Below, piece after piece: positions 37,650-50,118 of a DNA stretch of 64,000 nt. The position numbers and the translations under genes were made by a program. The stretch is from Mobula hypostoma. Its lineage: Eukaryota. Location: NCBI RefSeq assembly GCF_963921235.1, contig NC_086108.1, positions 29,390,001-29,454,000 of the forward strand, written 5' to 3'. How positions within the stretch are numbered: position 1 is the first letter of the stretch; each line of letters begins with the position of its first letter. The notes below the pieces were generated by a model, which worked only from the letters and a program-made list of their open reading frames with translations, made no database searches and was not told where the DNA came from.

Positions 37650-40600
37650 CTATCAGGGAGTTAGGAAGGAAGTTGAGAGGCAGGACCACAAAGCTAGTAA
37701 TCTCGGGATTACTGCCTGTGCCATGTGACAGTGAGCATAGGAATAGAATGAGGTGGAGGATAAATGTGTGGCTGACGGATTGCAGCAGAGGGCAGGGATT
37801 CAGATTTCTGGATCATTGGGATCACTTTGGGTGCAGGTGTGACCTGTACAAAAAGGACGGGTTGCACTTGAATCCCAGGGGGACCAATATCCTGGCGGGC
37901 AGGTTTGCAAAGGTTATTGCGGAGAGTTTAAACTAGGATTGCTAAGGGGTGGAAATTAAACTGAAGAGACGGAGGAGAGGGCGGTTGGCTCACAAATAGA
38001 GAAAGCTTGGAGACAGTGCAAGAGGGAGGATAGGCAGGTGATAGAGAAGGGACGCGCTCAGACTGATGGTTTGAGATATGTCTATTTTAATGCAAGAAGC
38101 ATCATGAACAAAGCGGATGAGCTTAGAGCGTGGATCAGTACTTGGAGCTATGATGTTGTGGCCATTACAGAGACTTAGATGACTCAGGAGCAGGAATGGC
38201 TACTTAGAGTGCCAGGCTTTAGATGTTTCAGAAAGGACGGGGAGGGAGACAAAAGAGGTGGGGGCGTGGCACTGTTGATCAAAGATAGTGTCACAGCTGC
38301 AGAAAAGGAGGAAGTCATGGAGGGATTGTCTGTGGGTGGAAGTTAGAAACAGGAAGGGGTCAATAACTCTACTGGGTGTTTTTTTTATAGACCACCCAAT
38401 AGTAACAGGGACATCGAGGAGCAGATAGGGAGGCAGATTCTGGAAAGGTGTAATAGTAACAGGGTTGTTGTGGCGGGAGATTTTAATTTCCCAAATATCA
38501 ATATCCCTAGAGCGAAGGGTTTAGATGGGGTGGAGTTTGTTAAGTGTGTTCAGGAAGGTTTCTTGACACAATATGTAGATAAGCCTACAAGAGGAGAGGC
38601 TGTACTTGATCTGGTCAGGTGTCAGGTCTGTCAGTGGGAGAGCATTTTGGAGATGGTGATCACAATTCTATCTCCTTTACCATAGCTTTGGAGAGGGATA
38701 GGAACAAACAAGTTAGGAAAGTGTTTAATTGGACTAAGGGGAAATATGAGGCTGTCAGGCGGAAACTTGGAAGCATAAATTGGAAATAGATGTTTTCAGG
38801 GAAATGTACAGAAGAAATGTGGCAAATGTTCGGGGATAATTGTGTGGAGTTCTGCATAGGTACATTCCAATGAGACAGGGAAGGGATGGTAGGGTACAGA
38901 AACTGTGGTGTACAAAGGCTATTATAAATCTAGACAAGAAGAAAAGAAGAGATTACGAAAGGTTCAAAAACTAGGCGATGGTAGAGATCTAGAAGATTAT
39001 AAGGCTAGCAGTAAGGAGCTTAAAAATGAAATTAGGAGAGACAAAAGGGGCCATAAGAAGGCCTTGGCGGACAGGATTAAGGAAAACCCCAAGGCATTCT
39101 ACAAGTATGTGAAGAGCAAGAGGATAAGACACGAGAGAATAGGACCAATCAAGTGTGACAGTGGAAAAGTGTGTATAGAACCGGAGGAGATCGCAGAGGT
39201 ACTTAATAAATACTTTGCTTCAGTATTCACTACGGAAAAGGATCTCGGTGATAGTAGGGATAACTTACAGCAGACTGAAAAGCTTGAGCATGTAGATATT
39301 AAGAAAGAGGATGTGCTGGAGCTTTTGGAAAGCATCAAGTTGGATAAGTCACCGGGACCAGACGAGAGGTACCCCAGGCTACTGTGGGATCAGATTGCTG
39401 AGCCTCTGGCGATGACCTTTGCATCATCAATGGGGACGGGAGAGGTTCCGGAGGATTCGAGGGTTGCGAATGTTATTCCCTTATCCAAGAAAGGGAGTAG
39501 AGGTAGCCCAGAAAATTATAGACCAGTGAGTCTTACTTCGATGGTTGATAAGTTGATGGAGAAGATACTGAGAGGCAGGATTTATGAACATTTGGAGAGG
39601 CATAATATGATTAGGAATAGTCAGCATGGTTTTGTCATGGGCCTAAGGAGCCTGATTGTATATTTTGAGGATGTGACTAAACACGTTGATGAAGGTAGAG
39701 CAGTAGATGTAGCGTATATGGATTTCAGCAAGGCATTTGATAAGGTACCCCATGCAAGGCTTAGTGAGATAGTAAGGAGGCATGGGATCCAAGGGGACAT
39801 TGCTTTGTGGATCCAGAACTGGCTTGCCCACAGAACACAAAGAGTACTTGCAGATGGGTCATATTCTGCATGGAGATTGGTGACCAGTGGTGGGCCTCAG
39901 GGATCTATTCTGGGTTCCTACTCTTCATGATTTTTATAAATGACCGGGATGAGGAAATGGAGGGATGGGTTAGTAAATTTGATGATGATACAAAGGTTGA
40001 GGGTGTTGTGGACAGTGTGGAGGGCTGTCAGAGGTTATAGCGGGACATTGATAGGATGCAAACTTGGGCTGAGAAGTCGCAGATGGAATTCAACCCAGAT
40101 AAGTTTGAGGTAGTTCATTTAGGTAAGTCAAATATGATGGCAGAATATAATATTAATGCTAAGACTCTTGGCAGTGTGGAGGATCAGAGGGATCTTGGAG
40201 TCTGAGTCCATTAGACATTCAAAGTTCCGGCGCGGGTTGACACTGTGGTTAAGAAGGCATAGGGTGCATTGGCCTGCATCAATCATGGATTGAGTTTAGG
40301 AGCCGGGAGTTAAAGTTGCAGCTATATAGGACCCTGATCGGACTCCACTTGGAATACTGTGCTCAGTTCTGGTCGCCTTACTATAGGAAGGATGTGGAAA
40401 CCATAGGAAGGGTGCAGAGGAGATTTACAAAGATGTTGCCTAGATTGGGGAACATGCCTTATGAGAATAGGTTGAGTGAACTCAGCCTTTTCTCGTTGGA
40501 GCGACGGAGGATGAGAGGTGACCTGATAGAGGTATACAAGATGATGAGAGGCATTGATCGGGTGGATAGTCAGAGGCTTTTTCCCAGGGCTGAAATGGCT

Positions 40601-40885
40601 AGCACGAGAGAGCACAGTTTTAAGGTGCTTGGTAGTAGGTACAGAGGAGATGTCAGGCGTAAGTTTTTTTTACGCAGAGAGTGATGAGCGTGTGGAATGG
40701 GCTCCTGGCGACAATGGTAGAAGCGGATACAATAGGGTCGTTTCAGAGACTCCTGGATAGGTACATGGAGCTCAGAAAAATAGAGGGCTATGGGTAGCCC
40801 TAGGTAATTTCTAAAGTAAGGGCATGCTCGGCACAGCTTTGTGGGCTGAAGGGCCTGTATTGTGCTGTAGGTTTGCTATGTTTCT
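37650..40885 (+). mobile_element. CR1 LINE (second subfamily), from ORF1 C-terminus to 3' end, decayed
   Basis: DGLHLNPRG...ESLN*, then APE and RT fragments (341-aa ORF) and tail ctatgtttcta. Confidence 0.92.
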
Positions 40886-41359
40886 ATCATTTCTGGTGTC
40901 TTGGAACCCAGCCTGCCAGATTCTGCCTTTGAGAGAAGTTGCTGTGGCTTTATTAAATACCTGTATCATTCCTCAAATATTATGGTGGGTGAAAATAGAT
41001 TCATTATTAGTTCAAATCCAAACCAAAGGAATGCACTGGAAGTCTGTGATTAGATGGAAGGCTTTCGGTGACATGATATGCACCTGAATGAATGCTGTCC
41101 TCAAATGTAACATGTCAGATTAGAACAAGAAAATTTTTTCAAAAGTTAGCAGTAACAACCATCAAAAAAGTAGAATACTATAGTTAGTTATGCAAATGGA
41201 GCAGTATTCGCCACTATGGCAGACTTCATCTATTGATTTCTATTTAATTGCAGGATTCATTCTTCACTCCACCTGAACAAAACTTCAATTCACAGTTATA
41301 TTCACTGGGGTACATGTGGCCTTCTTCCTGCAACATTTTCTTGGGCTACACTCTGAAAT

Positions 41360-41675
41360 GTCTGTGTGCAGTTTTGGTCACCTATCGACAGGAAAGACGC
41401 AAATATGGTTGAAAGAGTACACAGTAAATTTACAAGGATGTTGTCGGATCTGGAGGACCTGAGTTATAAGGAAAGATTAAATAGGCTATGACTGTATTCC
41501 TTAGAATGTAGAAGATAATGAGGAGATTTGATAGAGGTATTCAAAAGCTGGCTTTTTTCGCTGAGGCCACGTAGGACTACACCAGAGGTCATGGGTTAAG
41601 GGTGAAAGGTAAGAAGTTTAAGGGGAACAAGAGCTGAAACTTTTTCACTCAGAGGGTCATGAGTATGTGGAATAT
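41360..41675 (+). mobile_element. CR1 3' fragment
   Basis: gttttggtcacc...aaggatgttg...ttcactcagagggt, homologous to the CR1 ORF2 end. Confidence 0.7.
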
Positions 41676-42600
41676 TAGAGGAGAAGTAATAAAGAATAAA
41701 AAATAAGTTTACTCAAACAGTCTAACAGAAGGGGGTTATCATTTCCCTGGCTATAGGTTGACTCATTATAGAGCCTAATGGCCAAGGGTAAGAATGACCT
41801 CATATAGCACTCTTTGGAGCAGTGCAGTTGTCCTCTGTTCAACCAAGGTGGCATGCAGAGGATGAGAAACATTGTTCAGAATTGCCAGGGTTTTCCTTAG
41901 GGTCCTTTGTTCTATCACAGCCTCCAATGTGCCCAGTTTGACTCCTGTAACAGAGCCAGCCTTTCTAATCAGTTTATTGAGCCTGTTGGCATCACTCCTA
42001 TTGATGCCATTGTTTCATAGAAGATCGTACTGGCGACAACAGACTGGTAGAACATGTGAAGGAGAGGCCTGCATACACCAAAGGACCTCAGTCTCCTCAG
42101 AAAGTGGAGGTGACTCTGGGCCTTCTTGCACATAGCTTCTGTATTGGTGCACCACTCAAGTCTGTCATCCAGGTGCACCCTTAGGCAGTTGTAGGTCCTC
42201 ACCAACAATAGTAATTGGGTGCAATGCAGGCTTACTCTTCCTAAAGCCCATTACCATCTGCTTTGCCTTACTGATGTTCAGATGCAAGCTGAATCATCTG
42301 CAGCATTTGTCAAAATCCTTCACCAGGGTCCTGTATTCATCCTCCCATCCTCCCTTTATACACCCAACTATTGCTGAGTCATCAGAAATTTTCTGCAGAT
42401 GATATGACTCAGTGTTGTATCTGAAGTCTAAAGTATACAAGGTAAACAGAAAGGGAGCCAATACAATCCCCTGTGGGACCCCAGTGCTGCTTTTAACCAT
42501 GTCTGACACACAGCTCTGAAGCCGCTGTGGTCCAATACCTCTGACAAACTGTGGTCCATTATCAAGGATACAATGAAGTGCCAATCTGCACTGAATGATA
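41675..42600 (-). mobile_element. Rex1-like LINE RT/3' fragment
   Basis: STGVPQGIVLAPFLFTLYTLDF, KISDDSAIVG, HLDDRLEW, RSFLPLAIRLYN. Confidence 0.8.
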
Positions 42601-42604
42601 TTGA

Positions 42605-42990
42605 AGGCACTTGAGAAATCAATCCCAGCCCCCCCCACCATTCCCATTCCAGTTTCTCTCTCTCACCTACCTCCTTACCTGCCATTACCTCCTACTGGTG
42701 CTCCTCTTCCTTCCCTTTCTTCCATGGTCTTCTACCCCCTCCCCTATCAGGTTCCCCCTTCTCCAGCCTATCTTTTTCACCTATCAGCTACTCCACCACT
42801 CTCCCTCTCTCAGTTTCACCTGTCACCTTGTACTTCTTCCTGCCCTCTAACTTCTCTTTTTTCCCAATCCTGATGAAGAGTCAGTGGCTCGAAACATCAA
42901 CTGTTTTCTCTTTTCCACAGATGCAGCCTGGCCTACTGAGTTCCTCCAGTATTTTGCTAGTATCTGCAGATTTTCTCATCTTTGTGATTC
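42605..42990 (+). mobile_element. Penelope-like tail with hammerhead motif (42866-42902)
   Basis: Pyrimidine-rich tract, then aatc-CTGATGA-a-GAG tcagtgg CTC-GAAA-CA-TC. Confidence 0.75.
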
Positions 42991-43678
42991 TTTTTTCTAC
43001 CTGGATTAGATTAAATTCATTTAGCACCTTACAACTAGTTTCTCAGTTGTCTCGTTTTGCCTCACAATCTTTCTCACCTCTTCAGTGGGCAACATTGCTC
43101 TGAACTTTCTTTTCATGCCTCTACATAAGAACTCAGCATTCTCCATTTGTAGATGAGTGCTTAGTGCTACATGTTTACATTAATAAGGCAAGCCTGTTGG
43201 AGACCAGCAGTGCTCAAAAGAAAATCAGGAGGATTCAAAGACCACAGTAGAGAGAATACAGACAATAGAATTCAGGTTGAATCTCTTTGGTCCAGTATTC
43301 TGTGTTCTGCAAATCCAGCAGTCCACTATGCTTTGAATGAGTATTGAAGATCTTTACTAATTCACTATTTCTAAGTTAAGATCTATAATTAGCTATGATC
43401 TGTACAAATCCATAGCTAATTAACTTACCAGTGCAACTTTTACAATCTTGTCTGATGGCATTTTTGACTTACAGAAACTTTCGGTCACAGGCAGTTCTTG
43501 GAAATAACTTATGTAACCTGAAGAACATCTATCACTTCAAAAGAACAGTTGGCCTGTTTAAGAGGACAATTAGCAAGGGGCAACTTCAACGGTCTGGGTT
43601 TTCTATGTTTCAGCACCAGTTAGATCCCAAGCAAAATAATTTCTGCTATTTTTGAAGATGATCTGGATACATTCTTAC

Positions 43679-43760
43679 CTTCCAAAAGGTCAAGGAAAAC
43701 CAGAAATGCAGCATACACTTGAGTACTCTGCCCAATATCTAATGCCATCATCTCTGCATA
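43679..43760 (-). CDS. TSEN15: TSEN15 coding exon 2 ([27 protein letters not shown])
   Basis: Acceptor ttttattttcag, donor G|gtaaga, 82 nt. Translation matches human TSEN15 [27 protein letters not shown] as recalled. Confidence 0.95.
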
Positions 43761-44694
43761 CTGAAAATAAAACCATGAATTAAAAATTGCAACACTTCAA
43801 TCCATCTTATATAACGTCTTCAAAATATATTTTTGTAGAACAAAAGAGAAGGCAAATACAAAAATGGGGAACCTTGGGGGTACAAATACATTATCCTTGA
43901 AAGTGGCAACACAGATAGAGTAATGAAGAAAGCACATAGCATGTTTGCTTTCATCAGCTGAGGCACTGAATACAGAAGTTGGAACACCATGTCACTACTG
44001 GACAAGATCATTTTGCATTTGGCCTGCTGGCAGACTTATCACTATCCTAGATTAGAAGGTTGGAAGAGCCTTCAACCCTTCAAGGATGATGAGGGCCGTG
44101 ATAACCAGACCTTGAGCAGTTCAATGCTGAGACTCTGCCTCCATCCAATAACAGGAGAAAAAATAGCTGGGGACTGAGCTTTGCTTCCTATTGAAGCTGG
44201 AGAACATATTAAACACTCAAAAAATTTACAAGCCATTAAATAATTTAAAAAACTATTAAAATTTGAACAAGTTTTTAAAAGAAAAAACAAAAATTCCTTA
44301 AAATACTAACAAATATTTAATATGAAACTATAGCACCCAGATCCCTTCTAACCTCAGGTTTGGTGTCCTTATGCTCATGGTGGAGGGAGTAGTGGATGGA
44401 GGATGCACAAGGACAACAGTATGCCAACCTCAAGGTGCTGATCTTTTCCAGCAAATACTGGTTCCGTGCAGTGACAAAGTAGCAAAGTAACCAATGCAAT
44501 ATCACCCAGCACTAGCTCATGCCAATCTGATTGTGGAAATCCACAAGACCAGGGTTTATTTTCCCATAGACGGCTGGGCATTGCTGGTCTTATTGGTGGA
44601 TAGAAGTGCAACATGCACCTTGACATATGATATGAAGGTGTGGAGGGAAGAGGTGTTGACAGAAAAAGGATAATGATTTATGGGATTGTCACCT

Positions 44695-44870
44695 GTCAAC
44701 TTCTTCCCCTCCCCCACCTACTTATTCCAACTTCGTTTTTCAGTCCTGATGAAGGGCAGGCCCAAAACGGTGATTATTTATTCTCCTCCATAGATGCTGC
44801 CTGACATGCTGAGTTCCTCTAGCATTTGAGTGCTCAAGATTTCCAGCATCTGCAGAATCTCTTGTGTTTA
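44695..44870 (+). mobile_element. Penelope-like terminal fragment in TSEN15 intron 1
   Basis: cagtc-CTGATGA-agggcaggccc-aaaa (core G mutated) plus the shared tail. Confidence 0.7.
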
Positions 44871-44899
44871 TAGGAGAAGATTGGTGTGGGTGTGTTGGT

Positions 44900-45260
44900 A
44901 TAACCGGGGGAGAGGGGGAAGGGGAGCGGGGGAGGGGTGGGAGGTGCGGTGAGGCGGAGGAGGTGGGAATAAATCGGCATTTGAGGTCAGACCCTCCCTC
45001 GGACCACAGTGCTACCTTTGGATGATGTAGAAGCCCACCGGGCGGTCTCAGCTCCCCTTCCCCCGACGCGTCACTCTCCTCCCCACTTGCCGCCGCTGGC
45101 TCCATCTGTGGTGCAACACGGCTTCACTCCGCCAGTGTAACCTCAATGTTGCCCGTCGAGCCCACTGTTAATCCGATAGTTCCGCCTCCAGCTACGTGTC
45201 CAGAGCTCGTTACGGCACCTGCTCACTGCCCTGGCAAACACATCCACGCGTTCTTCTGTT
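44900..45260 (-). promoter_or_regulatory. TSEN15: CpG/GC-rich promoter, 5' UTR and exon-1 region of TSEN15
   Basis: Local GC and CpG enrichment against an AT-rich, CpG-poor background, surrounding the start codon. The TSS was not determined. Confidence 0.65.
45016..45105 (-). CDS. TSEN15: TSEN15 coding exon 1 (MEPAAASGEESDASGEGELRPPGGLLHHPK)
   Basis: ATG at 45105 in a CpG-rich region; 90 nt; phase-0 donor AAG|gtagca. Ends in HPK, as the Sen15 N-terminus does (human ...MGTHPK), and joins exon 2 in frame. Confidence 0.88.
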
Positions 45261-45759
45261 TGCTTTCCTACTGTAGTCAGTTCCTTCCGTTGGGATTTTT
45301 TACTATGTCTATTCTCTATTCTGGGAAAATAAATGATAGATTCATTTTGATGAAAGACTTCCCTTTCCCATTCTGTGGAGTAATTAAAAGTGGTTGTTGG
45401 TGAGTGATAGACTTTCCACACGTACATAATAAATATCTACTTTGCATAGAAAGAGACACATGCTCATTCACATTCATAATTGCACCCAAATGTTAACATT
45501 GTTCTTATATTTAACCTGAAAGTGCTCAAATATTTCACAATCTTTCGAAGTACTGTTTAGTGTAGTGACATTACATTTTCAAATCACGGCACACTCCTGC
45601 TGACACTAAAATTAGACCTTGAAATATTTACTTTTTTTATTAGTCTTCGTTCATTTCTGGGATTTATTTTCTAATTTTTGTGAGAAGATTTGGTCTAAAG
45701 AAAACTGTTTTTGCTCGGAAGCATAATTTTGATCTATGTAAGACTGAGATTATTTTAGT

Positions 45760-45932
45760 TACGCAAACACGAGGAAATCTGCAGATACTGCAATTTCAAG
45801 CAACACACATAGAAGTTGTTGGTGTACGCAGCAGGCCAGGCAGCATCTCTTGGAAGAGGTACAGTCGACGTTTCTGGCCGAGACCCTTCGTCGGGACTAA
45901 CTGAAAAAAGAGCTAGTAAGAGATTTGAAATG
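45760..45932 (-). mobile_element. Young Penelope-like terminal fragment upstream of TSEN15
   Basis: Nearly identical to 950-1075; hammerhead AGTC-CCGACGA-agggtctcggcca-GAAA-CG-TC-GACT at 45862-45898. Confidence 0.8.
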
Positions 45933-46379
45933 TGAATTTCCTGTCCACATTTACAGACCTTTGTAGGGATCACAGAGGTACAAATGTTTGGCTTTTCCCT
46001 TCAGCTGTAAACTGGGAGCACCACTCATCATTGACCTCCCAGAGCCATCCCCACAAAGATTTTGCCGGTCTCAGATTCTGCTTTGTTCATTTGCTTTGCC
46101 AATTGGTGTCGGCATTTTCTACGAGAAATCAGTCAGGTTTCACTGCCAAGATAAGATCGACTAGATCAGCACCCAAGCAGACTGAAGAAACTACAAATCT
46201 AAACATTTTAAGCACTTTGCAAGGGACAAAATAATGATTTGGATGTAAAAATTAATTTTCCTAGAAATATAATTTACAAAACTTTTAAGGGTAAAAAGAA
46301 AACATTTTTACTGTTTTGAAATCCTCTGAGTTTTGAAATAATTATGCCAGTTGAATAAGACTCTGTGGATAAATAAAAT

Positions 46380-46716
46380 TGGGTGGCACAGTGGCAAATG
46401 CAGCAAAGCTGCTGCCTCAGAGGTCCAGCGACCTGGGTTCAGTCCTGACCTTGGGTGCCATCTGTGTGGACTTTGCATGTCCTTCCTGTGACTGTCTGGT
46501 ATGCATGTTGATTGTCTGTTTAAGTTGTCTCTTGTGTGTGGGTGAATGACAGAATCAGGGGAGGGGTGGTGGTGGATGGGGGAGGAATGATAAATTCTTG
46601 ATAATGTGATGAGAATTTAAAAATGTGATCTACTTACGGTTAGTGTAAATGAGTGGTTCAGCACAGAAATAGTGGGCTGCAGGGTCTCTTTCCATGCTGT
46701 ATGACTCTGTGACTCT
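46380..46716 (+). mobile_element. tRNA-derived V-SINE (HE1-like)
   Basis: A box tggcacagtgg, B-box-like ggttcagtcc, core tgtgtggactttgcatgt, tail gtatgactctgtgactctg. Confidence 0.75.
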
Positions 46717-47082
46717 GAAATTAGCTCCTTGTTACTATAGAGATGTTTATCAGTATTAAATCTCAGTAGTAAAATCTCAGCTTCGACAAGGCAAAACATT
46801 TTCAATGCCGCTGCAGGAAAAATTTTCACAAGTCATTGATTTAATGCCAAGTAAGTGATTATACACTGATGGCCTCATTAGAAATCTGCACTCTATATAG
46901 GAAACCAAATTAGTAACAGAATATTTTTCATTGCAGACTCTCATTTGACTAATGGGAGAACCTCAAACAAAGGGACATAAATAAAAGATAAATGGTGGGC
47001 ATTGAAAATGGAGGTGTGAAAAAATTTCTTTTCTCAGAGGGTAGTGAATTTCTTTACTTCTCTGCATCCAAATGCAAATTCA

Positions 47083-47529
47083 TGTTGCGCGGAAGGGGCA
47101 AACCCAGATGCAGGACACTGGCACGAAGATAGAGCTAGGATGCAGATGAGGGTGTGAGCGTGGCTGGAGCTGAACGGCAAACAGGAGACAGGCGGCAGGC
47201 AATTCTTATCTTGACATGGAGCGTTGCTGGAGTTGAACGGCAAACAGGAAAGGCAGGCAGCAGGCAACACTTATCTTGACACGGAGAGACAGAGTTACAC
47301 AGGTAAACCTCGGTACTGAAGTAAAACTCAGAATACACAATCCTAAGCGGCCGGGAACGTGAATTACCACACTGGCTAAAACAATGATCTGGCAATGAGT
47401 GGATGCAAAGCTGGGGTTTTTATGCTGCAGGTTTAGATGAGAATCAGGTGTCGCAATCAAGGAGCCCAGGAGAACATGGGGAAAAGGGAATTCGGAGAAT
47501 ATTAGGAATTAACGGTCAGGACCGTGACA
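47083..47529 (-). mobile_element. Solo LTR (447 bp) inserted in a CR1 3' remnant
   Basis: Termini TGTCACG...CGCAACA on the minus strand, 5-bp TSD attca/attta, TATA-like cataaaaa, internal repeats. Confidence 0.75.
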
Positions 47530-48214
47530 ATTTAAGGTTAAGTTGTGATATTCTTGAACAGTGGAACAAGTTCGAGGAGTCAAGTGACCTCTTCTTGCTC
47601 CCAAATTCTTTTCGATTATGTTTGAATGAAAAGTTGCTGTCAATGTCACAGACTAACGATGGAGAAGGATGACAGTTTCCCTGCTAATGCAATTCCAAAT
47701 TCAGGACCAGTGTTGTAAAGTGTTATAGGCCATTCAGCTCATATTACCCATAGAGTACTCACGCTCCACACAAAGCTCCACTCATCTCTCTTTGTCTAAC
47801 TCCATTTACTCCTCTTCTATATACAGTATGGTAATCTCTTGGATACATTTTTAACAGGATTTGAGCACATCCACTTGTTTAACCCCATCCGTGTGACAGA
47901 GTGTCTGACTGGAGAGGGTGGTGTCAGACAATGTGCCCAAGGCAGTGTAGCCAACAGAGTTTAACTAGGCCCACCTTCCTGCATTATTAAAATCCACAGG
48001 AAGGTTTTCTCATCAGTGAAATTAGTTATTGTATTGTTAAGATTTTGACTCTTAGGCCACAAAAGAACAACAAATAGTTTCTTGTCAGCAAGTTTGAGGT
48101 TATATGGTGGAAAGTGGGAGTGTGTTGGCATTTTGTGAAGCTAGCTTCGCTCAACTGTTATCTTTGCCACTGACTTGAACTTCTTTGCAAAATGAAGGTA
48201 CTGGCCATCCACAC

Positions 48215-50118
48215 AGAAAGAAATCAGGAGGGCTAAAAGAAGACATGAGGTTGTCTTGGCAGTCAAAGTGAAGGATAATCCAAAGAGCTTTTACAAGTAT
48301 ATTAAGAGCAAAACGATTGTAAGGGATAACATTGGTCCTCTTGAAGATCAGAGTGGTCGGCTTTGTGCGGAACCAAAGGCAATGGGGGAGATCTTAAATA
48401 GGTTGTTTGCGTCTGTATTTACTAAGGAAGCTGGCATGGAATCTATGGAATTGAGGGAATCAAGTAGTGAGACCATGGAAACTGTACAGATTGAAAAGGA
48501 GGAGGTGCTTGCTGTCTTGAGGAAAATTAAAATGGATAAATCCCCGGGACCTGACAGAGTGTTCCCTCGGACCTTGAAGGAGACTAGTGTTGAAATTGCG
48601 GGGGCCCTGGCAGAAATATTTAAAATGTCGCTGTCTACGGGTGAAGTGCCGGAGGATTGGAGAGTGGTTCATGTTGTTCCGTTGTTTAAAAAAGGATCGA
48701 AAAGTAATCCGGGAAATTATAGGCTGGTGAGTTTAACGTCAGTAGTAGGTAAGTTATTGGAGGAAGTACTAAGAGACAGAATCTACAAGCATTTGGATAG
48801 ACAGGGGCTTATTAGGGAGAGTCAACATGGCTTTGTGTGTGGTAGGTCATGTTTGACCAATCTGTTGGAGTTTTTCGAGGAGGTTACCAGGAAAGTGGAT
48901 GAAGGGAAGGCAGTGGATATTGTCTACATGGACTTCAGTAAGGCCTTTGACAAGGTCCTGCATGGGAGGTTAGTTAGGAAAATTCAGTCGCTAGGTATAC
49001 ATGGAGAGGTGGTAAATTGGATTAGACATTGGCTCGATGGAAGAAGCCAGAGAGTGGTGGTAGAGAATTGCTTCTCTGAGTGGAGGCCTGTGACTAGTGG
49101 TGTGCCACAGGGATCGGTGCTGGGTCCATTGTTATTTGTCATCTATATCAATGACCTGGATGATAATGTGGTAAATTGGATCAGCAAGTTTGCTGATGAT
49201 ACAAAGATTGGAGGTGTAGTAGACAGTGAGGAAGGTTTTCAGAGCCTGCAGAGGGACTTGGACCATCTGGAAAAATGGGCTGCAAAATGGCAGATGGAGT
49301 TTAATACTGACAAGTGTGAGGTATTGCACGTTGGAAGGACAAACCAACGTAGAACATACAGGGTTAATGGTAGGGCACTGAGGAGTGCAGTGGAACAGAG
49401 GGATCTGGGAATACAGATACAAAATTCCCTAAAAGTGTCGTCACAGGTAGATAGGGTCGTAAAGAGAGCTTTTGGTACATTGGCCTTTATTAATCGAAGT
49501 ATTGAGTATAAGAGCTGGAATGTTATGATGAGGTTGTATAAGATATTGGTGAGGCCGAATCTGGAGTACTGTGTTCAGTTTTGGTCACCAAATTACAGGA
49601 AGGATATAAATAAGGTTGAAAGAGTGCAGAGAAGGTTTACAAGGATGTTGCCGGGACTTGAGAAACTCAGTTACAGAGAAAGGTTGAATAGGTTAGGACT
49701 TTATTCCCTGGAGCGTAGAAGAATGAGGGGAGATTTGATAGAGGTATATAAAATTATGATGGGTATAGGTAGAGTGAATGCAAGCAGGCTTTTCCACTGA
49801 GGCAAGGGGAGAAAAAAACCAGAGGACATGGGTTAAGGGTGAGGGGGGAAAAGTTTAAAGGGAACATTAGGGGGGGCTTCTTCACACAGAGAGTGGTGGG
49901 AGTGTGGAATGAGCTGCCAGACGAGGTGGTAAATGCGGGTTCTTTTTTAATATTTAAGAATAAATTGGACAGATACATGGATGGGAGGTGTATGGAGGGA
50001 TATGGTCCGTGTGCAGGTCAGTGGGACTAGGCAGAAAATGGTTCGGCACAGCCAAGAAGGGCCAAAAGGCCTGTTTCTGTGCTGTAGTTTCTATGGTTCT
50101 ATGGTTCTATGGTTCTAT
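48215..50118 (+). mobile_element. 5'-truncated young CR1 (third subfamily) with a 514-aa RT ORF
   Basis: ORF 48256-49800 has [17 protein letters not shown] and FADD; tail (GGTTCTAT)n. Confidence 0.93.

Noticed and set aside
44740..45015. Read-through part of the 121-aa ORF 44740-45105
   Set aside because: Only the first 30 codons are TSEN15 exon 1; the rest is intron 1 and a Penelope fragment.
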